Origin: Eledone cirrhosa
Lineage: Eukaryota
Length of the DNA: 64,000 nt
Assembly (NCBI GenBank): GCA_964016885.1
Contig: OZ024741.1
Location: 171,306,001 to 171,370,000, forward strand
Direction of reading: 5' to 3'
Shown: positions 42,884-56,800 of the stretch, in pieces
How the letters are laid out: every line of letters begins with the position of its first letter
Position numbering within the stretch: position 1 is the stretch's first letter
Position numbers and translations under genes: made by a program
The notes under the pieces: model-generated
What the model was told of the DNA's origin: nothing
The model's database searches: none
Seen by the model: the letters and a program-made list of their open reading frames with translations, nothing else

Positions 42884-43122
42884 ATACCTTCCTGTCAGAT
42901 GATTGAACGTTTGAAAGTATATACTTTCCTTATGCATATTAACGGCTGAGCAGCCTAATTTGCATATCGAGTGAGTTAGTCGGCCGGGCGTACCGAAGAC
43001 CATAAATGGAAAAAATGAAACGAAATTTCATTTCTCACTCTTAGTACGGCTGATACCTAAATATAAGTATGCATAAGGAAACTATATACTTTCAAACGTT
43101 CAATCATCTGACAGCAAGGTAT

Positions 43123-43165
43123 ACGATGCTGATGATAGCTAATAAGCTTGAAACTAGTACATCGT
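43123..43165 (+). ncRNA. Type I hammerhead ribozyme, family F
   Basis: acgatg CTGATGA tagct aata agctt GAAA ctag TA catcgt; perfect 6-bp stem I. Confidence 0.9.
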
Positions 43166-43370
43166 TCCTGTGTCAGTATTGAACAAAATGGCAACGATGG
43201 TTGCCGAACACTGTACAACGTAATTCGGGCTGTTTGTTTACAAACAAACCGAACATTATAATAAATGTTCGGTAAACCCATACGTACATATATATATATG
43301 TGTACATGTATGTATATATATATACATACTACTGTACGTCTGTACACATATATGTGTGTACGTATACATA

Positions 43371-43422
<52 letters not shown>

Positions 43423-43549
43423 AAAGTTTTATTTAAATTGTTGGGATACAACAAGCAAATATTTTTATAACTGATATAAAGCACTCGGCAAATATTTGGA
43501 GTAGATATACGATATTAATAAATGGAAAGTATATTTATAAAACCATATT

Positions 43550-43606
43550 TATTTCATTATATATATTTCAAGGATACCAAGTTACATTATGGTATGCCTT
43601 CATCAG

Positions 43607-43610
<4 letters not shown>
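43550..43610 (-). ncRNA. Type I hammerhead, family A; stem I partly truncated by (TA)n
   Basis: CTGATGA aggcatacca..tggtatcctt GAAA tatata TA atgaaata. Confidence 0.78.
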
Positions 43611-43663
<53 letters not shown>

Positions 43664-43719
43664 GTGAGGTTTTTTTTACAAATTGAAAAATAACCGAGGT
43701 GTCCATTCACGAGTGAAAG

Positions 43720-44010
43720 TATAAAGAAAAAGAGATGAAATCGAAAATGCAACTGGAGTCTTATTTTTAAAAAAAATATATATATTTATTTGGTTCCTTT
43801 ACCGGTTTCGCAGTTCTTCTGCTTTTCAAAAGGTGAGTTGAGATGGAGGGTCTGTTGTTTTTCTCAGATGTGAAAAAAACCACAGACCCTCCATCTCAAC
43901 TCACCTTTTGAAAAGCAGAAGAACTGCGAAACCGGTAAAGGAACCAAATAAATATATATATTTTAAAAAAAAATAAGACTCCAGTTGCGTTTTCGATTTC
44001 ATCTCTTTTT

Positions 44011-44015
<5 letters not shown>
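43720..44015. mobile_element. Family M inverted pair with core-mutated hammerheads (43796-43833 minus, 43904-43941 plus)
   Basis: cctt TTGAAAA gcag aagaa ctgc GAAA ccgg TA aagg; all three stems intact, core differs from CTGANGA at two positions. Confidence 0.7.
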
Positions 44016-44071
<56 letters not shown>

Positions 44072-44089
44072 CAGCTCTACCAGGAGTGA

Positions 44090-44600
44090 TTCTCCTATCT
44101 CCGAGTTACGCACTTTATTGAGTAACGTTACTCCAAAACTTCTTCAGGGTAATTCCATTTCGGCCGCTTTTATTCGATATCTTATTCTTTCGATCATTAC
44201 CCACTATTCATAACCATATGTAAAGGTTGGCACGAAAAATAAATTGAAGATAGCGAGTTTAGCTTTTACATCGACCTCCATTCTTCTGATTACTGAATGC
44301 TGAAGCTGGAGCATTACTGAAGCAGCTTTTGCAATTATTTCACTTAGTTCAGCCTCCTTCACTCGTGAACACGACCCCGAGATACTTGAATTCTCTACTT
44401 GCGCAGGTTACCTTAAAGGACGAGTGACTCAGTTTTCACAGCACTGATTTTCATTCTAGCCATGCACACACTCGGCAATGAAACTTATCATGTACAAATG
44501 AAAGATCGACTTCTGTTGAGTTGAGTAACACCATGTCGTCTGCAAATTCCAGCCGATTGATTTTACACCCGCCAGTCATGATACCACTTCCAACCTGCAG
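44090..44600 (-). pseudogene. RTE-like LINE RT fragment
   Basis: GCKINRLEFADDMVLL and FKYLGVVFTSEG. Confidence 0.8.
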
Positions 44601-45300
44601 ATCACTGCTCCGATACTATGGTCATGGGGTTAGATTGTTTCAGGAAAGAATCGTTGGACAAATTTTACGGGTAAACCCAACTGGTAGGAGACCCCAGTAA
44701 GATGGCCGGATAACATCCATGAGCTTGGCTGGTCGCGCTAGGGTATACAGTCATATTAGTTGGAGACGGTTGCTTCTGACCCGCTGGAAGGATTGTTTGA
44801 GGACTCTGCCGGGAATAAGTGGGCAAAGAGGAAAAAGGTATATATATATTAAATCAAGGATAGTTTTCAGGAGATCGGAGAAAAATACACAGGTCCGTAA
44901 GGTACGCACACACAAGTGGAGAAGAAGCATATTATTTTATATAGAAATGACTTCTACATTCGTATGAAATCATTAGAAATATCCAGAATATCATCCGGGT
45001 ATTACTGATGATTGTATACGAATTAAACAGTATAAGCCATCTCGTAAAATAGTCCTGTAGAACCATCTTGTAAAATATATATGCTTATTCTCTACTAACA
45101 TATTGAGTCCCTTATTCAGCTATGGTTATTTCCTGGTCCACTGCATGATATGATTCATGATTATACATGTACTGTATATATATCATATATTTGCCTAAGT
45201 ACTGGCAAGATAACACTGACACTATCTTGACCCTCCTCGTTTTACCCAACGGAATATCCAGAGGGGAAGTGGTTTGCAGCAATGACATGGATGGTATGTA

Positions 45301-45467
45301 CCGTATTTCCCGGCAACGAAGATGTTACTTTTTCCCTAAAATAAGTCTCAAAAATCTGCCATGCGTCCTGGAGGCCGAAGGTTGTTAATTATTTTTTTCA
45401 AATTTTTGGTTATCAAAATTAGGGTGCGTCCTCGAGGACGAAGTGTCTTCGGCGCCGGGAAATACGA
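45301..45467. mobile_element. Tc1/pogo-type MITE
   Basis: TA|CCGTATTTCCCGGC ... GCCGGGAAATACGA|TA; second copy at 60266-60421. Confidence 0.8.
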
Positions 45468-46097
45468 TACTTTATCGACAACCTTACAGGTACGATGACA
45501 ACTGCATCAAGCTACAGCTGTCGTATTACGTAGTTTCTATATTATTTTGTTGTAACCACAACTTCCATTATATGAAGGCTATTGCAATTACACATAATCA
45601 ATACCAACCTCGGAAATAACCTCCGACAATATATACCTCCAACGAACTTGAACCGATATAGAGATACACACCGAAATATACAAGCTCAAAAATCATAACC
45701 AGAATCAACCAAACCGAAACCCTGCAATGATCCACTAATCTAACCCAGACCCTATCGCGTTTAATGAATTGATAAACCCGAACAAATTCAATGACATCAA
45801 ACCACGATATCAGCCAATCCTTTAAACAACGCGGAACCATAAATAAAAATAACCAAAAACTTACACAAAACAATACAAATGCCAGCTAACCCAAATAAAT
45901 AAATAAATAGACCGAGTTTGAAACAAACACACCAGATTGAACTAGTCCATATACAGGTATATACAGAGCCGGATTTAGGACAAAAGAGGCCTTGTGCTTA
46001 AGCACACATAAGCACAATGGTAAATCCGGCTCTGGGTATTGTATATGTGCATATTAGTGTGTTTCTATCTCTCTCTCCGTCTCTCTCTCTCACTCTT

Positions 46098-46128
<31 letters not shown>

Positions 46129-46168
46129 TTCTCTCTTTCTCTTTTTCTCTCCCTCTCTCTCCACCACA

Positions 46169-46211
<43 letters not shown>

Positions 46212-46414
46212 CATATATACATATACATATATATATACGCAATAAATATGTTTCATATGTAAAAGAAACTTCCTCGTTTTTTTCTAATATAGATAGATAG
46301 ATAGATAGATAGATATGTTTATCCCGGGTTCAATCGGAGATAACTACAGTAAGTAAGGTACTCAATACATAGCAGAGTATACATATTTAATATAGAAATG
46401 ACTTCACTTTATTC

Positions 46415-46454
<40 letters not shown>

Positions 46455-46650
46455 GAAATTTGGGACTTGACTACTTCTTCCTCACTTTTCGTTGCTTCAC
46501 CATTTTTGTTTGTTTACACTCGTGTCCCCTTTATTTACGTGTCCCAGCGACTTTTTTTAGCCGTTGCTCGTGCCAACCAGAGGTGTATGGTCTTTAAAGT
46601 GATGAATTGCCAGTGATGGTTGGAGGATCACTGATGAAGGACTGACTTTA

Positions 46651-46688
<38 letters not shown>

Positions 46689-46789
46689 ATTGAGTAAAGT
46701 GAAAGGAGGCAGAGAGAGAGAGAGAGAGTGACATATTTACGAGCATATTTATTATGTCAGGCTGTGTAAATGTAAATTCGTACGTACGT

Positions 46790-46826
<37 letters not shown>

Positions 46827-46849
46827 TGTGTGCCTGTGTGTGTGTGTCT

Positions 46850-46928
<79 letters not shown>

Positions 46929-47249
46929 TGTGTGTGTCTGTGTGTTGAAGTATAGCAATCGATTGTTGAGGAGAAAAAAATAATTCTACTTTTATATAAA
47001 ATCTCTCCGCGTCATAACAGACGGAATACCTTAACAGAGAAAGGCAAGGAATGTTATTCACATATTGTTTTACGGGTGTCAATGATCGTATAGTAGTCAT
47101 GCTAGACTACTTTATCCAAGACTAGTATATCGACCCCCACGAGTACTAAATTGATGTTTGTAATAGTAAAAATTATTTAATAGAAAAAGAACATTTTTTT
47201 TTTAGATTGGGAAGAAAGAATTGAATGTAAAATAAGAAAATATTTTTTT

Positions 47250-47500
47250 TTAAAAACGGAAAAGGAAGGGCAAGGGCTCTAGTGTCACTGGAGTGGTGAG
47301 GGGTTGGGCTCTGGGCCTAGGGCGCAGCGGTAATGGGGTTGCGCCCCACGAACAAGGTCGCAAAAGCATTCCAGCAGACTATGGTCAGTTACACCCGCTG
47401 CAACAGCCACCCAACCTCACGGGGCTCCTTGCTCAGACGATCCGTCGACGTTCCGATCTTGCGGAAGAGCTCGGCCATGCGGGGTTCTAGTACGCCGGAG
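47250..47500 (-). pseudogene. CRE-like LINE 3' end (RLE domain)
   Basis: GVLEPRMAELFRKIG..KEPREVGWLLQRV; homologous to 57925-58345. Confidence 0.7.
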
Positions 47501-48289
47501 GTTTTGTATGTCAAACGCTCCTTTCATCTAACTTTATTTTGCGAACCGATAAACAACGGCACACACACACACACACACACACACATGTGTGTGTATGTAT
47601 GTGTGATTTATATATGGCAACGATGTATTTTAAAATGTTAGTGTCACTATTGTTGCTGTTTATCCCCGTGTCAGTACTGATAGAACAAACCTATAACAAG
47701 CCTTCCAGTCGTGACTATCCCCTATGATTTTTAATATTTCCACTTGTATTTCCTTTTTTGAAAACAGCAATAGGATGTGTAATCTGGAAGGAAAATTTAC
47801 GATTATTTTGATAACCGTTTCAGCGTGATTATTTAAAATCCCTTCTAACTACTTTTATGCATTTTTCAAACCGTTTCTGGCTTTTTATATTTCATACGTC
47901 AGACACTCAGAATCAGTGAAAAGGAATATTTTTGTTTAAGTTTTTTTTTCTTTTTTAGATCAAAATATTATTAGGGTTATGTAATTTACAGCTACAGTAC
48001 ATTTTGTGTGCGCGTACACACACCACACATACACACATACACACACACATACACACACACACATATGTATATGTACATATACGAAAAGAGTCAGGACCCC
48101 GACGGCTGAGCTCCGGCCGTTTCGACAGCTAGATCCGAATATATACATACATACATACATGCATACATGCATGCATACATACATACATGCATGCATACAT
48201 ACATATATGCATGCATGCATGCATACATACATACATACATACATACATACATACATACATACATACATACATACATACATACATACAGA

Positions 48290-48430
48290 TGTATGCCTGT
48301 GATTATTGGGGCACTGGGGTATGTTAGTAATTGCCTCAATACAAATCTTGAGAAGCTAGGCTTCACAGGAACAGAAAGAACAGAACTAGTTAGGAAATTA
48401 CAAGTACAATCCATTAATGGAACATTCCAA
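48290..48430 (+). pseudogene. R4/Dong-like RLE C-terminal fragment
   Basis: MPVIIGALGYVSNCLNTNLEKLGF..RKLQVQSINGT, abutting (CATA)n. Confidence 0.72.
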
Positions 48431-49388
48431 ATATATTGCATCTAATAAATGCATATACACATGTACAGATACACATGCACACATACAACTCAAAACATAC
48501 ACATCCACACATACAATAACATCCATATCTACACATGCATGCATGCAGGCATGCATACATATCTACCAAGATTATGTGTAAATTCCAATGAGAGAGTCCT
48601 GTGTCTATGTTAGAAACCGACTCTCTCTCTATTGGCAAAAATTGGTGAAATTATAAAACCAGAACAACATACATACATATAGATTGTATGTTAAAGTAAG
48701 CTGCTTCAACGCAAAAAATAGATGAACAATTTAAGCATATAAGTAACAGGAGACGGAAAAATGTGGACAAGTTTTTATTTTTTTTACAATTTATTTGCAA
48801 ATCTCTGCTGTTCAAATCAATTGAATTTATTTTAAGGCATAATAAATAAGCTGGACTGGTACCGTTAAAGTATTCATAATCCGAGCTAAATCGAAAAAGC
48901 GTCGCTATTACTAGCAAATCCAGCAACCATGTTGTATTTGCTGCGCTTGTTGTTGTCGTTTAGCACCAAGTCAATCAAGACCGAAATGAGTTATGATCTA
49001 TTTTGGCTGCCATTTCAGCAGATTGAGTGATCACGTAGAGGTTTTCTCGTTCTCTTGTCATTTTGTTGTAGTAGTTGTTGTTGTTGATGCTTTATCCTGA
49101 GAGAGGGAAAGAGAGATGGAAAGAGAGAGTTAGTTCCACAACAAATGAACACTGGTTTGTTTATCTCTCTCCCTCGTGTATGGTTCGTTCGCGCTATAAC
49201 CATACACGAGTTGAAGGACCCCATGAGTGAAATACGTGTACTCAAGTATGGTTTATTAATTTGTTGTGGAACTAACCCTACAACGAATTTGTCATTTGGA
49301 CTGTGTGCTCTACTGTCTTTGGGTATAATTTCCTGGTTTTTCACTACTAAATATGCGAGTGTGTGAGTGAGTCTAGTTCCAACATCTG

Positions 49389-49442
<54 letters not shown>

Positions 49443-49459
49443 TACACACACACACACAC

Positions 49460-49519
<60 letters not shown>

Positions 49520-49692
49520 ACAGATTAAACTTTAAGGCAAAGAATCGCTGCTTTCACTCTTAACGGGATCTTCTGAAACTAACTATTTTAATAAATATTT
49601 GCTCTACGGTTCTTATATATTTGATATATATTTATCCTTATCGAGCCCTCTTTGGATTTTAGTCTTCAAATTTATTATTATTACTATATATA

Positions 49693-50074
49693 TAAAATAA
49701 AGTTAAATAAAAAGTCAAATATTTAAAATTTAGCTTCGTTTATTACTGCTATATATATATTTCAGTGACAGCCATCTTTGGCTGTGACCTCTTCAAACAG
49801 TCCGAATTAGTGTGGTATAGACAAGTACATATGTTGTTGAGGTGTATAATTTTGTCAATACTCTGATATGCCCAGTTCCTGGTTGGGTTGTTATTTCACT
49901 GAGGAACTGGAATAAACTGAGGAGCAGTAATAAACGAAGCTAAATTTTAAACATTTGACTTTTTATTTAACTTTATTTTACATTACTCCGGAGTAACCAA
50001 AACAACCTGCGCACAACGTCGAGTGCTCCAGCCTGCTTTCTGAGGTATGGTATACAACCAACATATACTCAAAA

Positions 50075-50075
<1 letters not shown>
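49693..50075. mobile_element. Family C inverted element; degenerate hammerhead at 49745-49801 (minus)
   Basis: TTGAAGA ggtcacagcc..ggctgtcact GAAA tatatata TA gcagt; the right arm starts at 49923. Confidence 0.82.
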
Positions 50076-50106
<31 letters not shown>

Positions 50107-50257
50107 CCTATATATATATATATATAAGCAAAGGGATATTTAATTTGTTGGTAATTCAACAAATATTTTTATAACAGATTCGAAGCACTCGACAAATTTT
50201 CTGGAGTATAATATCAATGATATTAATAAATGGAAATTATATTTATAAAACCATATT

Positions 50258-50318
50258 TATTCTATTATGTATATTTCAAGGGTACCAAAACTTTGGTACG
50301 CCCTCATCAGATAAAATA
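50258..50318 (-). ncRNA. Type I hammerhead ribozyme, family A
   Basis: tattttat CTGATGA gggcgtacca..tggtaccctt GAAA tataca TA atagaata. Confidence 0.85.
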
Positions 50319-50478
50319 CAAAGTTTGTTTAATAAATAGTGACCCAAGAATCAGATCTTATTTAATATTTTACATTGAGCTATTTATCTTACTGGTAATC
50401 GGGTAATATACAATATTACCCTTATCTTATTTATATTTTTTTATTGTAGTTATTTTTATATATAAGTATAACTATTAC

Positions 50479-50588
<110 letters not shown>

Positions 50589-50626
50589 ATATTAACAAAT
50601 GGAAACTATATTTATAAAACCATATT

Positions 50627-50692
50627 TATTTTATTATACATATTTCAAGGGCCACCAAGGCAGATTATGGTGCGCTTTCATCAGATGAAATA
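50627..50692 (-). ncRNA. Type I hammerhead ribozyme, family A
   Basis: tatttcat CTGATGA aagcgcacca..tggtggccctt GAAA tatgta TA ataaaata. Confidence 0.8.
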
Positions 50693-50818
50693 TAATACAG
50701 ATTAGTTTTATAAATAAATATTGACATACCCTGAAAAAAATGCAACCTTAACGGTTGGAACTTCCTGGATATTATTTTAGCTTGTTGTATCCCAACAAAT
50801 TAAATATAACCTCTCTCT

Positions 50819-50937
<119 letters not shown>

Positions 50938-51037
50938 GTTATGAAACGAAAGGAGGTGTGTGGTTACTAAAAACAAGGTTTAGGATGGTGGTTAGGACGG
51001 AACAGGGGGAGAAAGGAAGAAAGGAGTTTCCATCGTC

Positions 51038-51073
<36 letters not shown>

Positions 51074-51074
51074 C

Positions 51075-51365
51075 CTATTGATTCCTGGTGACCGTTGTAT
51101 ACTTGAGCAAGACACTTTATTTGCTGTTGTTCCAGTCCATTATTCAGCCAGCAAAAATGACCAACGAGTTGTACCTTCAAATTCAAAAGTTCGTACGTTG
51201 AGTTCCCCTGAGAACTAAACTACATTAAGAATACACGAGTCTGTGGAATACTCAACCACTGTCACGTTAATTTCACGTTAATTTCACGTTAATTTCACGA
51301 GCAGGCTTTATTTCCGTTGTTCGATCATGTGGAACAGCCTTCGTCGGAGGCGACAGTGGTCCAAC
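51075..51365 (+). mobile_element. SINE fragment, family 2-like
   Basis: GTATACTTGAGCAAGACACTTTATTT..GTTCCAGTCCA resembles the 61995-62347 SINE body. Confidence 0.6.
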
Positions 51366-51829
51366 AATAGTGGAATTGTTGGTAGTGCTAATAACTAAAC
51401 GGTAAAGCTTGTGAGTGTTAGCAGCTGATTTTCTTGTTTATTTCCAGCGCTGAAGCCATTGATGCAGCATACGATCATAGACATTCTAGCCATGACCATC
51501 TCATAATAGTCCTGGGGTGAGGGCGGAGGGTATCAATCTTTCAGTACTACTGTATCAAGATTGCTGTTATTTATTTATCTATTTATTTTCTTTAAGCAGT
51601 AGGTAAATAGTGTGAAAAGGATTTGGCTGTTATTTCTAGCAGATCTATCCATATCTGCTGCGGTTGTAGTTGAAACGTATTTTACAGCTTTTGTTGTTGC
51701 TGTTGTTGTTGCTGCTGTTGTTGTTGTTGTTGTTTAACCATGTCAATCCAGCTGACTCCATTAATACTCCCTGGTCAAAGACACTCCAGCCGTGACCATT
51801 CTGTCTTCTTAATGCCGTTAGTGTCAATA

Positions 51830-53050
51830 TTACTGTTGTTATTGTGTGTTGTTGTTGATGTTGTTGTTACTGTTGTTATTGTTGTTAGTGTGTGTTGTTG
51901 TTGATGTTGTTGTTGTTACTGTTGTTAGTGTTGTTGTTACTGTTGTTACTGTTGTTAGTGTGTGTTGTTGTTGATGATGTTTTTACTGTTGTTAATGATG
52001 TTAGTGTGTGTTGTTGTTGTTGATGTTGTCGTTACTGCTGTTAGTGTTGTTAGTGTGTGTTGTTGTTGTTGATGTTGTCGTTACTGCTGTTAGTGTTGTT
52101 AGTGTGTGTTGTTGTTGATGTTGTTGTTACTGTTGTTAGTGTTGTTAGTGTGTGTTGTTGTTACTGTTGTTATTGGGTGTTGTTGTTGATGATGCTGTTA
52201 CTGTTGTTACTGTTGTTACTGTTGCTATTGTGTGTTGTTATTGTGTGTTGTTATTGTTGTTGTTGACGTTGTTACTGTTGTTATTGTGTGTTGTTGTTGG
52301 TGATGTTGTTGTTATTGTTGTTATTGTGTGTTGTTATTGTTGGTGATGTTGATGTTACTATTGTTATTGTTGGTGGTATTGTTGTTGTTGTGTGTTGTTA
52401 TTGTTGGTGATGATGATGTTATTGTTGTTATTGGTGATGTTGTTGTTATTGTTGTTATTGTGTGTTGTTGTTGTTAGTGATGATGATGTTATTGTTGTTA
52501 TTGTTGGTGGTATTATTGTTATTGTTGTTGTTGTGTGTTGTTATTGTTGGTGATGATGATGTTATTGTTGTTATTGTTGGTGATGATGATGTTATTGTTG
52601 TTATTGTTCGTGATGTTGTTATTGTTGACGTTGTTACTGTTGTTATTGTGTGTTGTTATTGTTGATGATGATGTTACTGTTGTTATTGTTGGTGATGTTG
52701 TAATTGTTGTTGTTGTGTGTTGTTATTGTTGGTGGTGTTGTTATTGTTGGTGATGATGATGTTACTGTTGTTATTGTTGGTGATGTTGTTGTTATTGTTG
52801 TTGTGTGTTGTTATTGTTGGTGGTGTTGTTGTTGGTGATGATGATGTTACTGTTGTTATTGTTGGTGATGTTGTTGTTATTGTTGTTGTTGTGTGTTGTT
52901 ATTGTTGGTGATGATGATGTTACTGTTGTTATTGTTGGTGTTATTGTTGTTACTGTTGTTATTGTTGATGTTACTGTTGCTACTATGTCGATGTTGTTGG
53001 TGATGACGTTGTTAATGTTGTTATTGTTTGTTGTTATTGTCGGTATGGAT
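51830..53050. repeat. Compound (GTT/GAT/ATT)n microsatellite
   Basis: Direct sequence. Confidence 0.95.
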
Positions 53051-53089
53051 GTTGTTATTGTGTATTATTGTTGGTGTTGTTGTCAATGT

Positions 53090-56000
53090 TATTACAGTAG
53101 CTGCAGTTGTTATTGTCAAATGTTTTGTTGCAGCTGCAATTGTTGTTGTTGTTGTTACATATGTTGCAGCATCAGCATCTGTAGTTTTTGTTGTTGTTAC
53201 ATCTGTTGCAGCTGCAGTATCTGTAGTTGTTGTTGTTGTTGTTAAATATGTTGCAGCTGCAGTATCTGTAGTTGTTGTTGTTGTTGTTGTTGTTACATAT
53301 GTTGCAGCTGCAGTATATGTAGTTGCTGTTGTTACATCTGTTGCAGCTGCATTATCTGTAGTTGTTGTTGGTGTTACATCTGTTGCAGCTGCAGTATCTG
53401 TACTGGTTGTTGTTGTTGTTACATCTGTTGCAGCTGCAGCATATGTAGTTGTTGTTGTTACATCTGTTGAAGCTGCAGCATCTGAATGTGTTGTTGTTGT
53501 TGTTACATTTGTTGCAGCTGCAGTATATGTAGTTGTTGTTGTTGTTACATCTGTTGAAGCTGCAGCATCTCTAGTTTTTGTTGTTGTTGTTGTTACATCT
53601 GTTGCAGCTGCAGCATATGTAGCTGTTGTTGTTGTTACCTCTGTTTCAGTTGCAGTATCTGTAGTTGTTACATATGTTGCAGCTGCAGAATCTCTAGTTG
53701 TTATTGTTGTTACATCTGTTGCAGCTGCAGTATCTCTAGTTGGTGTTGTTGTTACATATGTTGCAGCTGCAGTATATGTAGTAGTAGTGGTTGTTGTTGT
53801 TACATCTGTTGCAGCTGCAGCATATGTAGTTGTTGTTGTTACATCTGTTGCAGCTGCAGTATCTGTAGTTGGTGTTGTTGTTACATATGTTGCAGCTGCA
53901 GTATATGTAGTAGTAGTGGTTGTTGTTGTTACATCTGTTGCAGCTGCAGCATATGTAGTTGTTGTTGTTACATCTGTTGCGGCTGCAGTATCTGTAGTTT
54001 TGGCTCTGTTGTTACATCTGTTGCAGCATCAGTATCTGTAGTAGTTGTTGTTGTTGCTACATCTTTTGCAGCTGCAGTATCTGTAGTTGTTGTTGTTGAT
54101 GTTACATATGTTGCAGCTGCAGCATTGGTAGTTGTTGTTGTTACATCTGTTGCAGCTGCAGTATCTGTAGTTGTTGTTGTTACATCTGTCGCAGCTGCAG
54201 CATATGTAGTTGTTGTTGTTGTTACATCTGTTGCAGCGTCTGTAGATGTTGTTGTTTTTACATCTGTTGCAGCTGCCCCATATGTTGTTGTTGTTCCTTC
54301 TATTGCAGCTGCAGTATCTGTAGTTGTTGTTACATCTGTTGCAGCTACAGTATTTGTAGTTGCTACTGTTGTTACATCAGTTGCAGCTGCAGCATATGTA
54401 GTTGTTGTTTTTGTTACATCTGTTGCAGTTGCAGTATCTATTACTGTTGTTCTTACATATGTTGCAGCTGCAAAATATGTAGTTGTTGTTTTGTTACCTC
54501 TGCAACTGTAGTTGTTGTTGTTACATCTGGTGCAACTGCAGTATCTGTAGTTGTTTTGTTGTTGTTACATATGTTGCAGCTGCAGTATCTGTAGTTGTTG
54601 TTGTTGTTACATCTTTTGCAGGTGCATCATCTGTATTTGTTGTTGCTATTACATATGTTGCAGCTGCAGTATCTGTAGATTTTGTTGTTGTTACATATGT
54701 TGCAGCTGCAGTATCTGTAGTTGTTGTTGTTACATCTGTTGCAGCTGCAGTATCTGCAGTTGTTGTTGTTGTTGTTACATCTGTTACAGCTGCAGTATTT
54801 GTAGTTGTTGTTGTTACATATGTTGCAGCTGCAGTATCTGTAGTTGTTGTTGTTGTTACATATGTTGCAATTTCAGTATCTGTAGTTGTTATTATTGTTA
54901 CATCTGTTGCAGCTGCAGTATCTGCAGTTGTTGTTGTTGTTGTTACATCTGTTACAGCTGCAGTATTTGTAGTTGTTGTTGTTACATCTGTTGCAGCTGC
55001 AGTATCTGCAGTTGTTGTTGTTGTTGTTACATCTGTTACAGCTGCAGTATTTGTAGTTGTTGTTGTTGTTGTTACATCTGTTACAGCTGCAGTATCTGCA
55101 GTTGTTGTTGTTGTTGTTACATCTGTTACAGCTGCAGTATTTGTAGTTGTTGTTGTTACATCTGTTGCAGTTGCAGTATATGTAGTTGTTGTTGTTGTTG
55201 TTACATATGTTGCAATTGCAGTCTATGTAGTTGTTATTGTTGTTACATATGTTGCAGCTGCAGTATCTGTAGTTGTTGTTGTTGTTACATCTGTTGCAGC
55301 TGCAGTATCTGTAGTTGTTGTTGCTGTTACATCTGTTGCAGCTGCAGTATCTGTATTTATTGGCGTTGTTGTTGTTACATCTGTTGCAGCGGCAGCATCA
55401 GTAGTTGTTATTCTTGTTACATCTTTTGCAGCTGCAGTATGTGTAGTTGTTGTTGTTGTTACATATGTTGCAGCTGCAGCATCTGTAGTTGTTGTTATTG
55501 TTACATCTTTTGCAGCTGCAGTATGTGTAGTTGTTGTTGTTGTTACATATGTTGCAGCTGCACCATCTGTAGTTGTTGTTATTGTTACATCTGTTGCAGC
55601 TGCAGCATCTCTAGTTTTTGTTGTTGTTACATCTGTTGCAGCTACAGTATATGCAGTTGTGTTGTTGTTATTACATACGTTGCAGCTGCAGTATCAGTAT
55701 ATGTTGTTCTTGTTACATCTGTTGCAGCTGCAGTATCTGTAGTTGTTGTTGTTGTTACATATGTTGCAGCTGCAGTATCTGTAGTTGTTTTTTTGTACAT
55801 GTGTTGCAGATGCAGTATCTGTAGTTGTTGTTGTTGTTGTTGTTACATCTGCTGGAGCGGCAGTATCTGTAGCTGTTGTTGCTTTTACATATGTTGCAGA
55901 TGCAGCATCTGTAGTTATTTTTACTTTTCTTGTAGCTGCAGCATCTGTAGTTGTTGTTGTTTCAGTTACATGTTGCAGCTGCAGCAGCTGTAGTTTCTGT

Positions 56001-56800
56001 TGTTACATCTGATGCAGCTGCAGCATCTGTAGTAGTAGTTGTTGTTGTTGTTACTCTTGTTGCAGCTGCAGCATCTGTAGTTGTTGGTGTTACTTTCGTT
56101 GCAACTGCTCCATCTGTATTTGTTGTTGTTGCAGTTACATCTGTTGCAGCTGTAGCATCTGTATTTATTGTTGTTACTTTTGTTGCAGATGTAACATTAT
56201 TAGTTGTTGTTGTTGTTACTTTTGCTGCAGATGCAGCATCTGTACTTGTTGCAACTACAGATGCTGCATATATTATTGTTGATACTACTGTTGGTGCAAG
56301 GGCATTAAATACTGTTCTTGTTGTTACTGTTGTTTCAACTGCCGTAGTTGTAGTAGTTGCTACTGTTTCTGTTGTTGCAACTGTAGTAGTTGTTGGTGTT
56401 ATACTTTTTTGCAACTGCAGTTCTTATTGGTGTTGCAGTTGTTAGAACTAAAGTGACTGCAGTTATTGCTGTTTTTGTTACTGTTGTTGTTGCAACTACC
56501 GCAGTTGCAGTTGTTGCTTTTGCAACTACAACAGCTGCAGTTGTTGTTGTGTCTCTTATTGTAGCTACAGCAGATGTAGCTATTGCTGTTGTTATGCTTG
56601 TTGCATGTATAGCAGGTGTAGCTGTTGTTGTTACTATTATTACAGTTATAGAATATGTAGCTGTTAGTGTTGTTACGCATGTTGCAAGTACAGTAGATGT
56701 AGTTGCTGTTTTTGTTGTTGTTACGCTTGTTGCTGTTGCAACTGAAATTGTTGTTGTAACTGCAGCAGCTGCAGCTGTTTTTATCATTATAATTGTTGTT
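53090..56800. repeat. ~33-45-bp minisatellite (GTT)n-ACATCTGTTGCAGCTGCAGTATCTGTA, decaying toward 56800
   Basis: Many tens of units, each centred on TGCAGCTGCA. Confidence 0.93.

Noticed and set aside
48651-48926. Possible host exon (MLDLLVIATLFRF..)
   Set aside because: No recognisable domain or splice support
53090-56000. CRISPR-like array of palindromic repeats
   Set aside because: Spacers are only (GTT)n, the context is eukaryotic and there are no cas genes
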